This document shows positions 10,432 to 21,210 of a stretch of 21,210 bases of DNA, in pieces (within the stretch, counting starts at the first letter, position 1; the number at the start of each line of letters is the position of its first letter). Position numbers and translations under genes: made by a program. The notes under the pieces are model-generated. The model did no database searches and was not told the origin of the DNA. It saw only the letters and a program-made list of their open reading frames with translations. Origin of the DNA: Ginkgo biloba (lineage: Eukaryota > Plantae > Ginkgophyta); the NCBI GenBank assembly GCA_024626585.2, contig JANKJI020000002.1, positions 81,814,662 to 81,835,871 of the forward strand, written 5' to 3'.

Positions 10432-11086
10432 TGTAATGTTGGCTTACTAAATTTACAAAACTAGGTGCTTTAGGTCTATAATCAACATGTTAAAATAGAG
10501 ATAACAACGTGACTTAGGTAAAGTAAACAAAAATTAAATGTTGTCATAAATGTGTAGTGCAACAAGTACACATACAAAATAGTTATTTATTTATGTAGAT
10601 AGAAAATAATTTACATTAATTTATAGGTTATAGCAAAGGAAATTGTTTAACCAGGGTTGACTTGCTATAAGGACACCAAGCACCTATTGTTGGTGGTGGG
10701 GACTACCTAAAAGGGCTTACTATGTGGGTAGCCAAACTTTTGGCATGTAATAGGCTAGCGTTCAATGCCTGGCAGTAACAAAATGATTTGCTAGACTTTG
10801 TCCCTTAACCCCACACTAGTAAGGGTGCCAAGCATAGGCTTGTTTCAACCCCTTCTTTAGCACTAAGATAACCCTAGTAGCTAGGGTATCCATCCTTACT
10901 AGCAAACTATTTATTTATATAAATTTTTGGTATAGGTCACCAAACCAATAAAACCTAGAACTGGAAATCTACGAGTCAAATAATCTTTATGGCTACATCA
11001 ATATACCACAACCTATGGTTGCACCTGCAAACTGTAGACCTACAATTGCACAAACCGATCGTTAAATTGGTAGAAGAGAGTAAACC
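10432..11086 (-). mobile_element. Probable nested LTR interrupting gag, truncated by an assembly gap
   Basis: Gag-like coding sequence ends abruptly at TGTAATG (10432) and is replaced by non-coding LTR-like sequence with a minus-strand TATA-like motif (~10908-10921). The other terminus is not visible. Confidence 0.4.
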
Positions 11087-11186
11087 NNNNNNNNNNNNNN
11101 NNNNNNNNNNNNNNNNNNNNNNNNNNNNNNNNNNNNNNNNNNNNNNNNNNNNNNNNNNNNNNNNNNNNNNNNNNNNNNNNNNNNNN

Positions 11187-11800
11187 ACATTGCAAGAATA
11201 TAACGACAAGTTTGATTTGTGTGAGGTACAACACTAACAGAAAGGTTAATGTCTTGCATTGTATCAATTTTCTTTTGAACCTACTCCAAATAAGTCCCAA
11301 AAGGATGATTGTTTGCCCTAGCTTTCGGGCAACAATAATAAGTAGGTGCACTAAATAGAGATCCGAGGCATGTCGTTTATTCAAGCCTAGATGCAGAAGA
11401 AGCTTAGCCATAGTCCTCCAATTGTTTGCAAAACATTTTATTTTTAGTCCCTTGACTAGCATAGCCAGTCTGACCCTTTCTAGTTTGGAATTGATCTTTG
11501 CCAAGTTTTTGAATTCACTCTTTTGCTAATTTTCCCCCTTTGGTTTCATGTCTTCTAGTAATTAAGTAATCTCTTGAAAGATCCGACTTTAGTAGTAGCC
11601 TCTCAAATTGTAGTTCTATCATTATGGAAATTCAAAATAAATTCTTTAACCAAATTTTCATTGAATTGAGGGTATTTCCAACATACTAGCTCTAACAACC
11701 CCACCTTCTTTAGCACTTCAATTAAATCAGTTTTCTTTACAATTGCCTTTGGTGGCTCTTGTAGAAACTTCACGACTAGATGATTGTTGCTTCTACTGCA
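11187..11800 (-). mobile_element. Decayed plant retrotransposon accessory ORF (Transposase_32/Athila ORF-like)
   Basis: Minus strand ~11723-11640 reads IEVLKKVGLLELVCWKYPQFNENLVKEF, resembling the L..G......LV.EF motif of putative plant transposon protein domains. Stops and frameshifts around it. Confidence 0.4.
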
Positions 11801-12376
11801 TATCTTTCATCTTCTTGTAGAACGAGTTATTTTCCTTTCAAAGTTATTGCTGGAGTTGCAACAAGTACTGATCTATCCTACGATTGAGAATGCTTGGTCC
11901 TTTTCTTGGTTCTTGAAGATTTACCTCTCCCCTTCCATAGTCTTTTTTGCCTGACAATATGGGCCTCCAAATCTAAAGTAGTGTCATCTTCCCAATGATT
12001 TCTTGCCTAGTCCTCTACCAACTCAAGCTCTGGTGAATGTTGTTCCTATTATAACCCAAAACGCGAAGCAAAACTTATCTCAAGTAAAGTGAAAAAGGAT
12101 AAGTTTTCCTTAGAATCTAGTATGTGTTTTATAGTTATTTATTGAATCCAAGGAGAAAGTTGTGAAGAGGCAGAAAAGAGTGAAAGCCAAGGATCTAGAG
12201 TTGCTTTAGCAAAGGGTGCATGTGGGACGGTCAATATTATAATATATTGTACACATGTAATAATGTCACTTTATTANNNNNNNNNNNNNNNNNNNNNNNN
12301 NNNNNNNNNNNNNNNNNNNNNNNNNNNNNNNNNNNNNNNNNNNNNNNNNNNNNNNNNNNNNNNNNNNNNNNNNNNN

Positions 12377-13480
12377 CACATGGTTTCTCCAAAGGCAAAT
12401 CTCTCTAAAGAATTCAGAAGCAGGTGTTTGTCTTTTCCAGTCATGACAATATGCTACTATCCAATATATCCATGAATTCACGCATATAAATAGCCATAGC
12501 AACATACCTACTCCAAGATCCAACTCCCAGAGCTTAAAACCCTTGTGTTATATCATTATAACCAGCCAGAATGCAATCTAATTTTCAACAGCAGTAATCA
12601 TGGCATATCGCAACTAATGGACATGTATGAGAGCATTAAACAAGGAATAAAAGAGAGCAATTGGTAGACATAAACAACTCTTGTAGGAATCACCACAGTA
12701 ACCTTCCCAATCTACTCTTGTAGGAACCACCACAGTAACCTCCCCAATCACTCCTGCAGGGCTGTTTTTTTGAAGTTGTCTACAGTCAAACTTCTTTCTT
12801 CTCGCTATCCAAATTCAGCAATCGTAGCAACTCAAAACAACCTCTTTCACAACTGATAAACAGCTAACATAACGAAGCATATCAATTACCCATGATAGCA
12901 AACAACTGATATACTGCATATACAAGCCCCCCACAACAGAATATGGCTGAAACACAGCATATATCATCCTCCTAGAGCAGAATATGGCTTATATAATATG
13001 TATACAGCATGCAAGAGACCCTTACGACCAAATATAGCTGGTATACAACACATTTCAATCAATGGCAGAAACTTAGAAGTAAGGCCAGAGTAAACCCTTA
13101 GATAGAATGGATGATGCATTTAATGAGGCTGTAAAAGTCGTTTTATAGCTGTACAACACCTTTAAAAACCATTTGGTCTGACCACATCCTGACATGTCTG
13201 GGACTGGGCTGACCTCTGGCCATGTGTCGAACTGAAACTAGGGTGGCCTACTCCTGCCAAGTGTCAAAATGATCAAAAACTGCCAATCTGTGTAGAGTTT
13301 TGACTTTTTCCTTCAGAAGCGAACACAGGTCATGACCACTCAATTTTATTGGCATAAGATGCCCTGCACAATGGACTAGTGTTCCAGGCCAAATGTGTCG
13401 TTTGCTGGCCTGAAAGGGTCATACAAGCTTATAGTCCCATAAATGCCTTAGTATTGGCACATGTGGGAGCTCTGATACAA
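12377..13480 (-). mobile_element. LTR-retrotransposon non-coding (LTR/UTR-like) sequence
   Basis: Internal short repeats (37-bp tandem, agaatatggct motifs) and GCTCTGATACAA at 13469-13480, one mismatch from the reverse complement of the tRNA-iMet PBS. Termini not resolved. Confidence 0.4.
12677..12760. repeat. Tandem repeat, 36-37-bp unit, about 2.3 copies
   Basis: actcttgtaggaatcaccacagtaaccttcccaatct / actcttgtaggaaccaccacagtaacctccccaatc / actcctgcagg. Confidence 0.9.
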
Positions 13481-13599
13481 TAGAACTTCTAAACATGTTC
13501 TGCATCAAAATACTTCCCCTTTATGAATCATCTTCCAACCATATTGTAGAACCTATTAGAGAGTGCCACCTACCCAAGATAATAACACAAACATTGTTT

Positions 13600-14010
13600 C
13601 GAGCCCCATTGAAGAGCCCAAAGCAACACAAAAGTATCAATTCAATGTAACCGACAATTCAAATTTTCTTGATTAGCCTGAATTGTCACATAATTCATAT
13701 CATCTTCAAATTATCCATAGACCAGTTCTTTCATTATGAAGAGATATACCTTTAAGATTTAAATATGTTTAAGCATCAATAGATAGAGCATGCAACAATG
13801 GAGCTAGTGGGCATCCTTGACATATTCCAAAATAATTTTCTTGGTCTAGACCCATTAACAACCACCAGAGCAGAAGCAATAGAGAATAAGCATTGAACCA
13901 TATTGCAAAAGGGCACTCCAAATTCCAACCTTTGAAGTATTGAAAGGATAAACTCCCACTAGATTTTATCATAATCCTTTTCAAAATCAATGTTAATGAC
14001 TTTCGATAAA
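13600..14010 (-). mobile_element. LINE (L1-like) reverse transcriptase fragment, decayed
   Basis: Ordered motifs IDFEKDYDKI*WEFILSILQRLEFG, GICQGCPLAPLL and G*FEDDMN correspond to the non-LTR RT motifs DFEKAYD, GxRQGCPLxPLL and FADD. Confidence 0.85.
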
Positions 14011-14410
14011 ATCAACAACATAAGTGATTAAAAATATATATATTTTAAATGAGAATTCTTCTTCTTACATGCATTTTAAATTTAAATTTGATTATATTTA
14101 TCTAGCAAAGGATGTATATCAAAGAGAGTAGCTCTAGAGATGGATTTGCACTATTGTTAAAGTGTCTATTTGTATGATTTCAAAAACTTGAAAGGATGAA
14201 AACTTAATTATTAAATCCTTTGATGGTTTTGAGCTAATGGGTGATGGAATATTGTATATGTGTAATTGGAATAACTTAAATATTTACATGTAACAAAATA
14301 ATAGAGCATANNNNNNNNNNNNNNNNNNNNNNNNNNNNNNNNNNNNNNNNNNNNNNNNNNNNNNNNNNNNNNNNNNNNNNNNNNNNNNNNNNNNNNNNNN
14401 NNNNNNNNNN

Positions 14411-14551
14411 GATTGAAATATCATGTACTGATTCTTCAATCCCCATTATCGCAGAATATTCATGCCTCATATTCTCAAATTTCACATGTGTGATACATGT
14501 TCCTTCTACTTCACCAAGTACAGCTCTTTGCATCGCATTGCCTATTGTATT
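14411..14551 (-). pseudogene. rpoA: Nuclear plastid DNA insertion (NUPT): fragment of chloroplast RNA polymerase alpha subunit
   Basis: [47 protein letters not shown] matches the plastid RpoA block TIGxAMRRALLGExEGTCIT...HEYSxIxGIxESVHxIL. Lacks the RpoA N-terminus, is joined to nuclear-type sequence, and runs into a gap. Confidence 0.9.
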
Positions 14552-14600
14552 TCTATCAATTCCAGGTCTCCTTTTTGGCTACCACAGTGTTGACTTTGTC
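14542..14600 (-). CDS. Putative exon of an unidentified gene: (G)[18 protein letters not shown], with the last codons and stop supplied by the NUPT
   Basis: Acceptor tgtgtcacAG at 14602-14601. Phase-compatible with the 27-nt exon upstream. Confidence 0.4.
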
Positions 14601-15072
14601 CTGTGACACAATGCATTCAAAGGTGATAGGCAGTTATTAATGATGGAGACAAGACACTGGGATCAACACACAACAGCATATAAGTTGCTTTAAAAATAAC
14701 AGTGATATAGCAGTCTCCAACTGTAAGGATGATACGGACAACTCTCCACAAAAGGTTTCCAACAGTCAACAAGGATGAACAAAAGAGACACTTATCCATC
14801 TCCAAATGGCTATCCATTGTGATGGCTGACTAACCTCAAAAAAGCCATGAGACTCCATGTGTTATGCCAAAAGGAATTAAATAACAAAGATGTTATCAAA
14901 TGCAATTCAGGATTGGTACAAATAGGACCTAGGTTTGACTTCTCCTACAGGTATCTTGATGTGATTCAACCTCAATCTTGACCAATCCCCTTCCAGGTGA
15001 ATATTAAAATATATGTGCATGCAATACAACATTGCTAAATCCTCCCAATGAGAAATCACTACCAACACATAC

Positions 15073-15099
15073 CTGTCACAGAAATGCCTACCAGAAGTC
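15073..15099 (-). CDS. Putative 27-nt micro-exon: (G)LLVGISVT(G)
   Basis: Branch-like CTAAT, acceptor aatcAG, strong donor CAG|GTATGT. Symmetric phase 1/1. Confidence 0.45.
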
Positions 15100-15587
15100 C
15101 TGATTCCAAATTAGGACTAACCCAAAACTGAATTCATAACAAAGTTGTGAGATATATTATAGAAAGTGATTGGCAATGGAAATCAAAACTAAAAACGCAA
15201 TGGAAACAAAAGATTACTCCCCACCTGCCAATTTGAACAATGCAACTATCACAGATTTTGAAATGTCAATCTAACAATTACTTCAAAAGGAAAATCCACA
15301 ACAACAATGAACTACTAAAAGCAAAATATATGCAAAACCATTTTAAGGAAACAATAGTTACAACAGAAAGCGGAAAAAAATAGCAGAGAAACTCTGCAGT
15401 GAAGTGGAAAATGAAATTCTTACATCTATCGAGGGGAGATGGTGGGAAATAGGAACAATAAGGAAGCACATGGTTTCAGCGAAAAGCTGTATTGGAAAAT
15501 TACGTCCAAACTATGTTAATTGATATGATAAATTAGAAGATGAAGATACAAAACGAAAGAAAATCAAGTGGTGGACTAAATGCCAAC

Positions 15588-15642
15588 CTATCTCATTGAA
15601 GACACCAGATGGGCATCTGAACTTATGCATTCTCTTCGCTAC
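15588..15642 (-). CDS. Putative exon: VAKRMHKFRCPSGVFNEI(G)
   Basis: catAG acceptor (weak, purine-rich) and AG|GTTGGC donor. 55 nt. The only open frame is the one that continues into the two downstream exons. Confidence 0.3.
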
Positions 15643-15884
15643 CTATGGTTAGATCCTCGCTCTTTGTCGGAAATTGACTGTGTTTGTTATCTATCAGGTT
15701 TGGACGCAGAAGGTTCACTACACAGAGGCCACCGATATTGTTATAAATCGCCATGGGAGCCAAATTCTCAGGAGTATGTCCCAAGTGGGAACCGGCCCTT
15801 TAAGACCTTAATTCAGACCATGATATTTGCTTCTTTAGGTGGTTTTAATCTAGAAAATATTAAAACCTATTATCCATGACTTAC

Positions 15885-16286
15885 TTGTCTAGGCAAATTC
15901 GATTGCACCAATTGCTAGGGCAATCATGCAAGTTCTGTCCTCTTTTTTCTGAAAACAATTAGAAGTGCAACTCATTCTTCGTTCGAGAAAATCAAGCATG
16001 AAATGGGTTGGTTGAAATGCAAATAAAAATTTCATGAATGAATCAGATGTTTAATAGGGAGTTTTCTTACAGAAGATTGAGCGTGCCCAAATGAAATGAT
16101 GAAGCAGAACCACACAAGCCAGCAATGACATGACCAGACCACAAGCTCCAGGAGAATGCATGCTTACATTCGACAAATCAAAACTGCTCGGAGAATTCGT
16201 ATTTGCTCCTTGATTTGTATTATATCCGTTAAATTTTGGAAGCCTGGACTCCGAAGAAGAGGTCTGTTAGAGGTTGCTATGTCCAT
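15885..16286 (-). pseudogene. Possible 5' exons of the same unidentified gene, with in-frame stops
   Basis: Exon-like 15948-15885 (gttttcAG...GTAAGT), donors GTAAGA (16070) and GTAAGC (16167), ATG in aaaaATGG context at 16286. Every joining I tried includes stop codons. Confidence 0.25.
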
Positions 16287-18049
16287 TTTTCACGTCCTAC
16301 GTGGATGCACCCATTTGGAGAATGGGCCCTTTAGGACCTTGATCTATCCGTTGAACTCCGTGCGTGCATCCACAAATACACTTCGATTTAGAGGTGGGCC
16401 TCCTTTCTTTTGTTTTTTTAATGGTTTTGCCGGTCTACTCTTCGCCACGAAAGAAATCCTTACATCCCCTCCCCCGTGAACTTAAGTGTATGCATGTTCA
16501 GATACGTGGGCTCGATCATGTACATGCATTGAAATATACAACAGAGAAATATACACCAGAGAGTATTTCTTCTGTATGCAATTGCAATCAAGAATTGACC
16601 TTAAGACCTATTGGTCCCTTGCATGTGGGGCANNNNNNNNNNNNNNNNNNNNNNNNNNNNNNNNNNNNNNNNNNNNNNNNNNNNNNNNNNNNNNNNNNNN
16701 NNNNNNNNNNNNNNNNNNNNNNNNNNNNNNNNNNNNNNNNNNNNNNNNNNNNNNNNNNNNNNNNNNNTGATCACTTTGCAGTCTGCAAAGTCTGTCAAAT
16801 GGATTCAAACTCATGAGATGGGTGAACATAATATGCCCATCAGAAAAAAAATTGATGTTTGACATTTATTTATCAAACTTGAAGTCTTGATTGAAAATTT
16901 CACCAAGAAGGGTGAAGTTGTCTACAAACTTTCAAATATTTTGAAGCGAGGGAGAGGGAGAGGGACTATTGTATTAATNNNNNNNNNNNNNNNNNNNNNN
17001 NNNNNNNNNNNNNNNNNNNNNNNNNNNNNNNNNNNNNNNNNNNNNNNNNNNNNNNNNNNNNNNNNNNNNNNNNNNNNNAGATTATAAACTAAAATTTGTA
17101 ACATTCATGAAAATTTCTACATCTTAAAACTACAAGGGTTTCTTAAGATTTTCTTTGTCTTTCTAGACTTATAGGGCCATCTCTTCTGATTAAGAAGTTT
17201 ATCCTTAATGTGTTGAAATTAAGAACATTCAAAATTGAGTTTAAAGGATAGAAAAATAAAACTAAATTCTTTGGGAACTTAAGAAATAATAATTAAATCT
17301 ATAATCAAGTTTTTGTAATCTTGTAGTCTACTAGACCACCTATAAATTCTAAACTCTATGCAAATTTGAAAATTCACTTTTTTGATTTATGTATAAACAT
17401 AAAGACATAATATTATTGTACAAGAACATACCTTTTTCCTAGTAATATCCCATGATATTTTATAGAAATCATGATGTTTTTATATATAAACCAATGTGTA
17501 CCCATTTTTCCTAAATAATAAATTAAAAACCAATTTCATTTTTTACATAAAACTCAAAGAATCTTCTAGATGTATGATAGTGCCAAGTTTCCAATACCTA
17601 CACATGGAATATCTCTATTATTTATATAATAATAAATCATGCCAACACTTTTACCATTAATAAGGAAAATGATTCTTACACATACAAAGGAATTGGATAG
17701 AATTTAATGAGATATTGCACTGTCTAGAAATATATTAGCATGTAATAAGTCTTCTCCAAAACTCATAGTAAACAAGAACCGATGAATGAGAATCCTCTCA
17801 CTTAAAAAAAAAATATATCATTTGTCCCTAAAATCCATAAAAATAATAAGTATTCATAAAACCTTTCATGTGCATGCACTCTATTTTGAGTTCACAATTT
17901 AGGAGAAAAACTATATATGATCCCTTAGAACCAATCTAAGTAAAAATATCCTAATTAATTAAAGTAACATAAGTGTTCACATTATCTCACTTCTTACAAT
18001 AATAAAAATAAGGGTTTTATCTTATCACAAAGGTAATAATCCCCTTTAA

Positions 18050-18470
18050 TACTTATCCCCTCTAAGAGTAGGCATATATGTCCTTCCCTACAAGTGATAA
18101 CCCCTTTTTGGCTTATAAATTATACCCATCTAAGGAAGCAATGGACCCTAGTGCTTGTTCTACAAAGTGAGGAAAATCCTTCTTCAATATATCCAAAATG
18201 ATCCAATTAGACTCACCTTTTTACTTGATTCTTAAAGACATTATCCTCCTTAAGTGATTTTCCATAGTCATTAAATGTCATTAGGATGCTGAGGGGAACC
18301 ATCCTTATCTTCATCCAACAAAAATGGCTTAAGTTTATAAATGTTGAAAATATGATTAACAACCATAGAAGGTGGCAAATAAAAATGAAAAAAAATTTCA
18401 CCAATTCCCTCCAAATTAGTGTAAGGCCTATATTGAAGTAGTTTTATATTCCTCTCATAGTCCTTGGATA
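18050..18470 (-). mobile_element. Ty3/gypsy integrase C-terminus (GPY/F module, chromodomain-like tail) and probable polypurine tract
   Basis: KLLQYRPYTNLEGIGEIFFHFYLPPSMVVNHIFNIYKLKPF (~18444-18322) is GPY/F-like. GESNWIILDILKKDFPHF (~18217-18164) resembles a group II chromodomain tail. ttagaggggataag at ~18065-18052 is PPT-like. Confidence 0.7.
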
Positions 18471-20589
18471 TTTAATTTGTAAGATGAATCTAAACTTGAA
18501 ACCCCACCCAAAAATAANNNNNNNNNNTATGTTTATTACTACTTATCTTGCACTTTTGTCAAAGGTACATGTACCTATTTATATACCTTTTGAATGCACT
18601 CAACAAAATGATTTTCCTTCATGTGATATTTCTTCTTATATAAAGAAGAAATAAATAGAAAACTAAAATTTGAAGATGAATTGGAGAGTTAATAAATAAC
18701 CTTAGCATATATTAAAATGTGAAACTCTAATGGATCTGCACATAACCCTATTATATTTATTCTAGCTANNNNNNNNNNNNNNNNNNNNNNNNNNNNNNNN
18801 NNNNNNNNNNNNNNNNNNNNNNNNNNNNNNNNNNNNNNNNNNNNNNNNNNNNNNNNNNNNNNNNNNNNNNNNNNNNNNNNNNNNNNNNNNNNNNNNNNNN
18901 NNNNNNNNNNNNNNNNNNNNNNNNNNNNNNNNNNNNNNNNNNNNNNNNNNNNNNNNNNNNNNNNNNNNNNNNNNNNNNNNNNNNNNNNNNNNNNNNNNNN
19001 NNNNNNNNNNNNNNNNNNNNNNNNNNNNNNNNNNNNNNNNNNNNNNNNNNNNNNNNNNNNNNNNNNNNNNNNNNNNNNNNNNNNNNNNNNNNNNNNNNNN
19101 NNNNNNNNNNNNNNNNNNNNNNNNNNNNNNNNNNNNNNNNNNNNNNNNNNNNNNNNNNNNNNNNNNNNNNNNNNNNNNNNNNNAATGATGGAAATTCGAT
19201 TTTATTAAGTTATTGTTCGAGTGATTTTGACAAAAAAATTCCAAGCAGGACCCATAATAATGGTAAGCTAAATGTTATGAAATTTTGTGTTCGTTTGTAG
19301 AATCTTTCATTTTTTGTGTTTGTTTATAAAATATTTTATTTTTGGAAGAGAACAAAACTCTATAATAGACTGTACTCTCGCAAAAATTTACTTTTAATTG
19401 AGAGTTCTATATATTTGAAAAAGCAAGTAGATAATCAAGAAAAAAATTATATATAAATGTTGTCATGAGTTGGGACATACGATCAAGGATTTCCTCTGAT
19501 ACAATGCACTATTAGTGAATATTTTTTTGTATGAAAGATAATGCGCTTTAAATAATATGGAAAATACTGCGAGAAGGCAATAAGAATCAATGAATGTATA
19601 GGTGTTTTATTAAGAAAATCATCTAAATTATTTAGACTTCCCTTTTTATATATGATAAAAATATATGTTGAAGGTTCCTCATCCATTTGACTAAATAATT
19701 AGCCTCCAACTTAGACCGAGAGTGAAAAAAATAAAGTCATTAATGTTTAAAATGTATGATGGCTTTTATAGAGAGATGATGTTGTTAATATTTTACAGAT
19801 CAAGTTGAATCATATACATTTCCTTATAATTGCAACTAAGATAAAAAAAAATACAATAAATTTACCTAATTTAATGAGAACTATATCAATGGCATATCTT
19901 AATGCATCTGTTTCAACCTCAAAAGAAAACTACAAATTTAGGCATGGGTAAATTTGTAGTTAATTCAAATTTATTCTTCAAACATTAAAACTAATTTGTT
20001 ATGTCTTAGTGAAAACATAAACACTCGTAGATTTTGTGAATTGATTGAGGGGGTATATAAGTTATTCAATATTTAAAGAAACTTCATGTAGAAGTTAGTA
20101 AGTCTAAGAAAACTATGAAGCTTATGTACATTAGTAAGTCCTAGCTAATCTTTCAAAACCTCTATTTTAACTAGATATACCCTCAAGTCATTATCATTAA
20201 TAATAAAACCAAGGTACGAGATAATTATAGGAAAAATATACACTTACTCATATAATCTTGTATTTTATTCTCTCTAACATTATAGAAGACTCTTTGAATA
20301 TATACTAAGTTATGTTGGAATAATGCCAATTTGAGTTAATAGTTGAGTTAGCTTTAGTTAAAAAAGTTTATGCATGTAATATTTAATTAAGTTACTATTA
20401 ATAGAATGGTNNNNNNNNNNNNNNNNNNNNNNNNNNNNNNNNNNNNNNNNNNNNNNNNNNNNNNNNNNNNNNNNNNNNNNNNNNNNNNNNNNNNNNNNNN
20501 NNNNNNNNNNNNNNNNNNNNNTAATCTAGGAAACTTGGATGTAAGCCATTGGCTATATATTAAATTTGTTTGAATGAGAAGGAGAATAC

Positions 20590-21210
20590 TGAGAATACTA
20601 AAAACCACTGTGTAAAATTTGAGATTTTAATATGGTATCAAAGCCTGACTAGATTTTGTTCTTTATGCAGAGGCAACTTAAATCCCTCAACAAATTTTGA
20701 AAAATTTGCTTTCAATTGCAGGATTTTTGTAGTCGAAGGTTCGGATGGCCGTTTTGGGGGCATGATGATTTCTCAAAAAATACTTAACCATTTTGCTTGA
20801 AATTTGACATGCAGGTTGTTGGAAAGTAGGAAAGAAAAATCCCTCGAAGAATTTTAGAAATAGAAGACTATACAATGTGATTTTGACGAATTTATAATTT
20901 GACTGTAAATTGGGGTTTTCTCAGAACAAAAAATGATTTTTTAAAATTCCTCTTGTGGACATAGTCATGGGTGCAGGGCGCCCCTGTGTATGAAATTTCA
21001 TCCAAAATGGTGGTCTATATTGGGAGAACGAATTGATTTCTCTAAAGTGGCCGTTGGGCAAATCTGTGAAGAAAGAATGCCGTATTTAGTAGAGAAAAAG
21101 ACGCGTGCAGCCCGTGTTGTAGTCATTTAAGAGTGCGCAGGTAAATCAGAGACATCAAAAAAATAATCGGCAAACAAATCGACATGCAGGATGAACAGTG
21201 GATGGGCGAG
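20590..21210. repeat. Unclassified, relatively CpG-retaining repeat-like sequence (possibly the non-coding arm of a DNA transposon)
   Basis: Compositional shift from very AT-rich DNA. Recurrent gaaattt, gacatgcagg and (g/t)ggccgtt motifs. No coding motif or terminus identified. Confidence 0.25.

Larger units (their letters stand above)
1599..20521. other. Assembly gaps: 1599-1698, 11087-11186, 12277-12376, 14311-14410, 16979-17078 (each 100 N); 16633-16767, 18518-18527, 18769-19183, 20411-20521 (sized)
   Basis: N runs read directly from the sequence. Confidence 0.97.

Noticed and set aside
12677-12760. 37-bp repeats resembling CRISPR repeat length
   Set aside because: Head-to-tail with no spacers, eukaryotic context, no cas genes.
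14276-14533. Functional nuclear-encoded RpoA (as in some mosses)
   Set aside because: The N-terminus is missing, there is an in-frame stop upstream in the RpoA frame, and no transit peptide. The ORF length is inflated by Ns.
15417-15489. Additional minus-strand exon candidate (tacAG ... GTAAGA)
   Set aside because: Has a stop in the phase needed to join the neighbouring candidate exons, so there is not enough support.
20633-20645. TGGTATCAAAGCC, similar to a tRNA-iMet PBS
   Set aside because: Not preceded by an LTR-terminal CA and no gag follows within the window.
454-20875. Most ORFs in the supplied six-frame track
   Set aside because: Short, often N-spanning, antisense shadows of low-complexity or decayed TE sequence, with no recognisable domains apart from those listed as features.

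Overview
AT-rich, gap-ridden eukaryotic nuclear DNA from a land plant, probably a large-genome gymnosperm (inferred from the rpoA residues and the repeat landscape). It is not prokaryotic, and most ORFs in the supplied track are spurious or decayed. The best-supported signals, both missed or only partly shown by the ORF track, are (i) three consecutive GT-AG exons at 5288-5827 (+) encoding the catalytic core of a GH35 beta-galactosidase of the BGAL17/GLB1-like type, including the IENEYG acid/base motif, and (ii) a plastid rpoA fragment (NUPT) at 14411-14551 (-) that abuts, and appears to cut off, the last visible exon of an unidentified spliced minus-strand gene. The rest is mostly decayed, nested retroelements: a Ty3/gypsy element (LTR 6898-7919, PBS, gag preceded by an Asn/Gly-rich low-complexity segment) inserted into a 334-bp tandem repeat in the BGAL intron, other gag remnants, a LINE RT fragment, an integrase GPY/F and chromodomain-like tail, and solo-LTR-like pieces. 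Five gaps are exactly 100 N, so adjacency across them is unreliable. I found no convincing wholly new biological system. The best leads are the NUPT/exon junction, the prion-like gag N-terminus and the status of the BGAL17 copy.
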